Notes under the pieces: generated by a model
Databases searched by the model: none
What the model was told of the DNA's origin: nothing
Seen by the model: the letters and a program-made list of their open reading frames with translations, nothing else
Shown: in pieces, positions 62,863 through 64,000 of the stretch
How the letters are laid out: every line of letters starts with the position of its first letter
Numbering within the stretch: position 1 is the stretch's first letter
DNA from: Penicillus capitatus
Taxonomy: Eukaryota > Plantae > Chlorophyta
DNA length: 64,000 nucleotides
Reading direction: 5' to 3'
Assembly: GCA_965649825.1 (NCBI GenBank)
Contig: OZ287697.1
Location: 1,660,351 to 1,724,350 of the forward strand
Made by a program: the position numbers and the translations under genes

Positions 62863-64000
62863 GTAGCCTCGCGTAAAGGGTTTCTTGCTGAACTCGATCA
62901 GACGCTGCAACGGTCGAATAAACAGTCGTTGTATCAACAAACTCAAGATCAGAATGAGGAAGTTTATACAGAAGATGCGCATCTGCCAAATCGTGCATTA
63001 GAGGATCAATTTTTCCGATTCCACTTCTCGAGAAGAAAGCGTTGCCCGCGCCATTAGAGCAGAGATTGAATCTAAAGCAATCATTCGATGATTTTTAGCC
63101 TTCGATATTTCGCGCAGTTCCACGTCGCGATGCAGGAAAACAAGAAAGTGGTTCCACAAATGCGTTCTGTCAATGTGACGACTACGAGAGATCTACGGTA
63201 ATGACCCCCAACGAAACGGTTTTGCAATTCGCAGCCTTTCGACTATGATAATCTGAAACAGCCAAAGGCAAACACGGAGGACGTTCGTCTTCTTGAATTC
63301 TATTGTGTGAAAGGACAGAACGCTGTTCTATAACAGATCAGACGTTCCCTTTGTTCAATTAGTCTTGTCGAAAAGGCACCTCCACTTAAACTGAAACGCA
63401 ACTCGCCCTTATTTTTAGAATGCCTCCGGGGCAGGTAGACATTAATGCGACCAATAGGATGACATAATCAACTGTCCACACAGCACTTGCGCACATCGCG
63501 GACGTGGATATAGGTAACTGGCGACACACTGCCAGATTGAAGGCCTATCCATCCGTTGCCCCAGCAAACCACCCATAGGAGACAAGCTAGATCTGAACTT
63601 CGAATTAGCACCATCAAGCCACACTGTGGTCGGAGCAGCACACTACCAGCGCCGCCGGACTGAACGATACAAGGGACGCATACTGGTATGACCATTCCCT
63701 GATCATCGCTCCCAGTGCGAATCAGTCATTGTAAGTTTCAATAAGCGCTCTGTCACTCCCTTGTATGCTGCTTTACCTACCTACGTTATCAAGCAGCCAC
63801 ATTCAAGCACGAAAGTAAAAAGACTGGAAGCTTTCACTACGTTGGTCAGTTCGCAACGCACGTAAACTCGTGCGCTGCACAAAGGATAGATGATATTGCA
63901 CGTGAGGAGGCTCCGTCTTCAGGGGCAAGTCAACCCTCGGGAAGGAAGTTGTGACGATGTCCCCTTCGTCTTCCTCACGCAAGAAAGTTCGCGTTCCCAT

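Noticed and set aside
1-64000. Non-canonical genetic code (TAA/TAG = Gln) as in some ulvophytes
   Set aside because: ORFs of 870-1030 codons are free of TAA/TAG, conserved genes end on TAA/TAG at expected positions, and internal stops map to introns.
63000-64000. Short minus-strand ORFs at the right edge
   Set aside because: No recognisable motifs or coherent exon chain; left unannotated.

Overview
Eukaryotic nuclear DNA with many short (about 44-66 nt) spliceosomal introns, read in the standard genetic code. The gene content (plastid ABC1K kinase, RETICULATA-related, ABCI10, DCD) points to a green alga; an ulvophycean/siphonous alga is my inference only. Two very compact blocks of conserved genes are present: 1-10.5 kb (EcKL-type kinase, VPS36 with an unusual UBA insert, ABC1K, RER/DUF3411, ABCI10, MUS81) and 37.5-40.5 kb (DCD, RCC1-repeat, EMC3). 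The rest is an accessory region dominated by five paralogues (A-E) of a large predicted surface receptor: signal peptide, Pmp-like GGA[ILV]/FxxN beta-helix repeats, stalk, Cys-rich region and a multi-pass TM domain. These are interleaved with three F-box-like/LRR genes (one dead), a tandem segmental duplication and a decayed Ty3/gypsy-like pol. The receptors show whole-repeat gain/loss, mosaic near-identical tracts and GT/GC donor switching, as expected of a diversifying recognition locus. Other oddities: MUS81 ends TGA-CGG-CAC-TTC-ATG directly in frame with ABCI10, and RCC1/EMC3 share one palindromic TCATGA for both stop codons. Exon boundaries were read by eye. No rRNA, tRNA or CRISPR was recognised.
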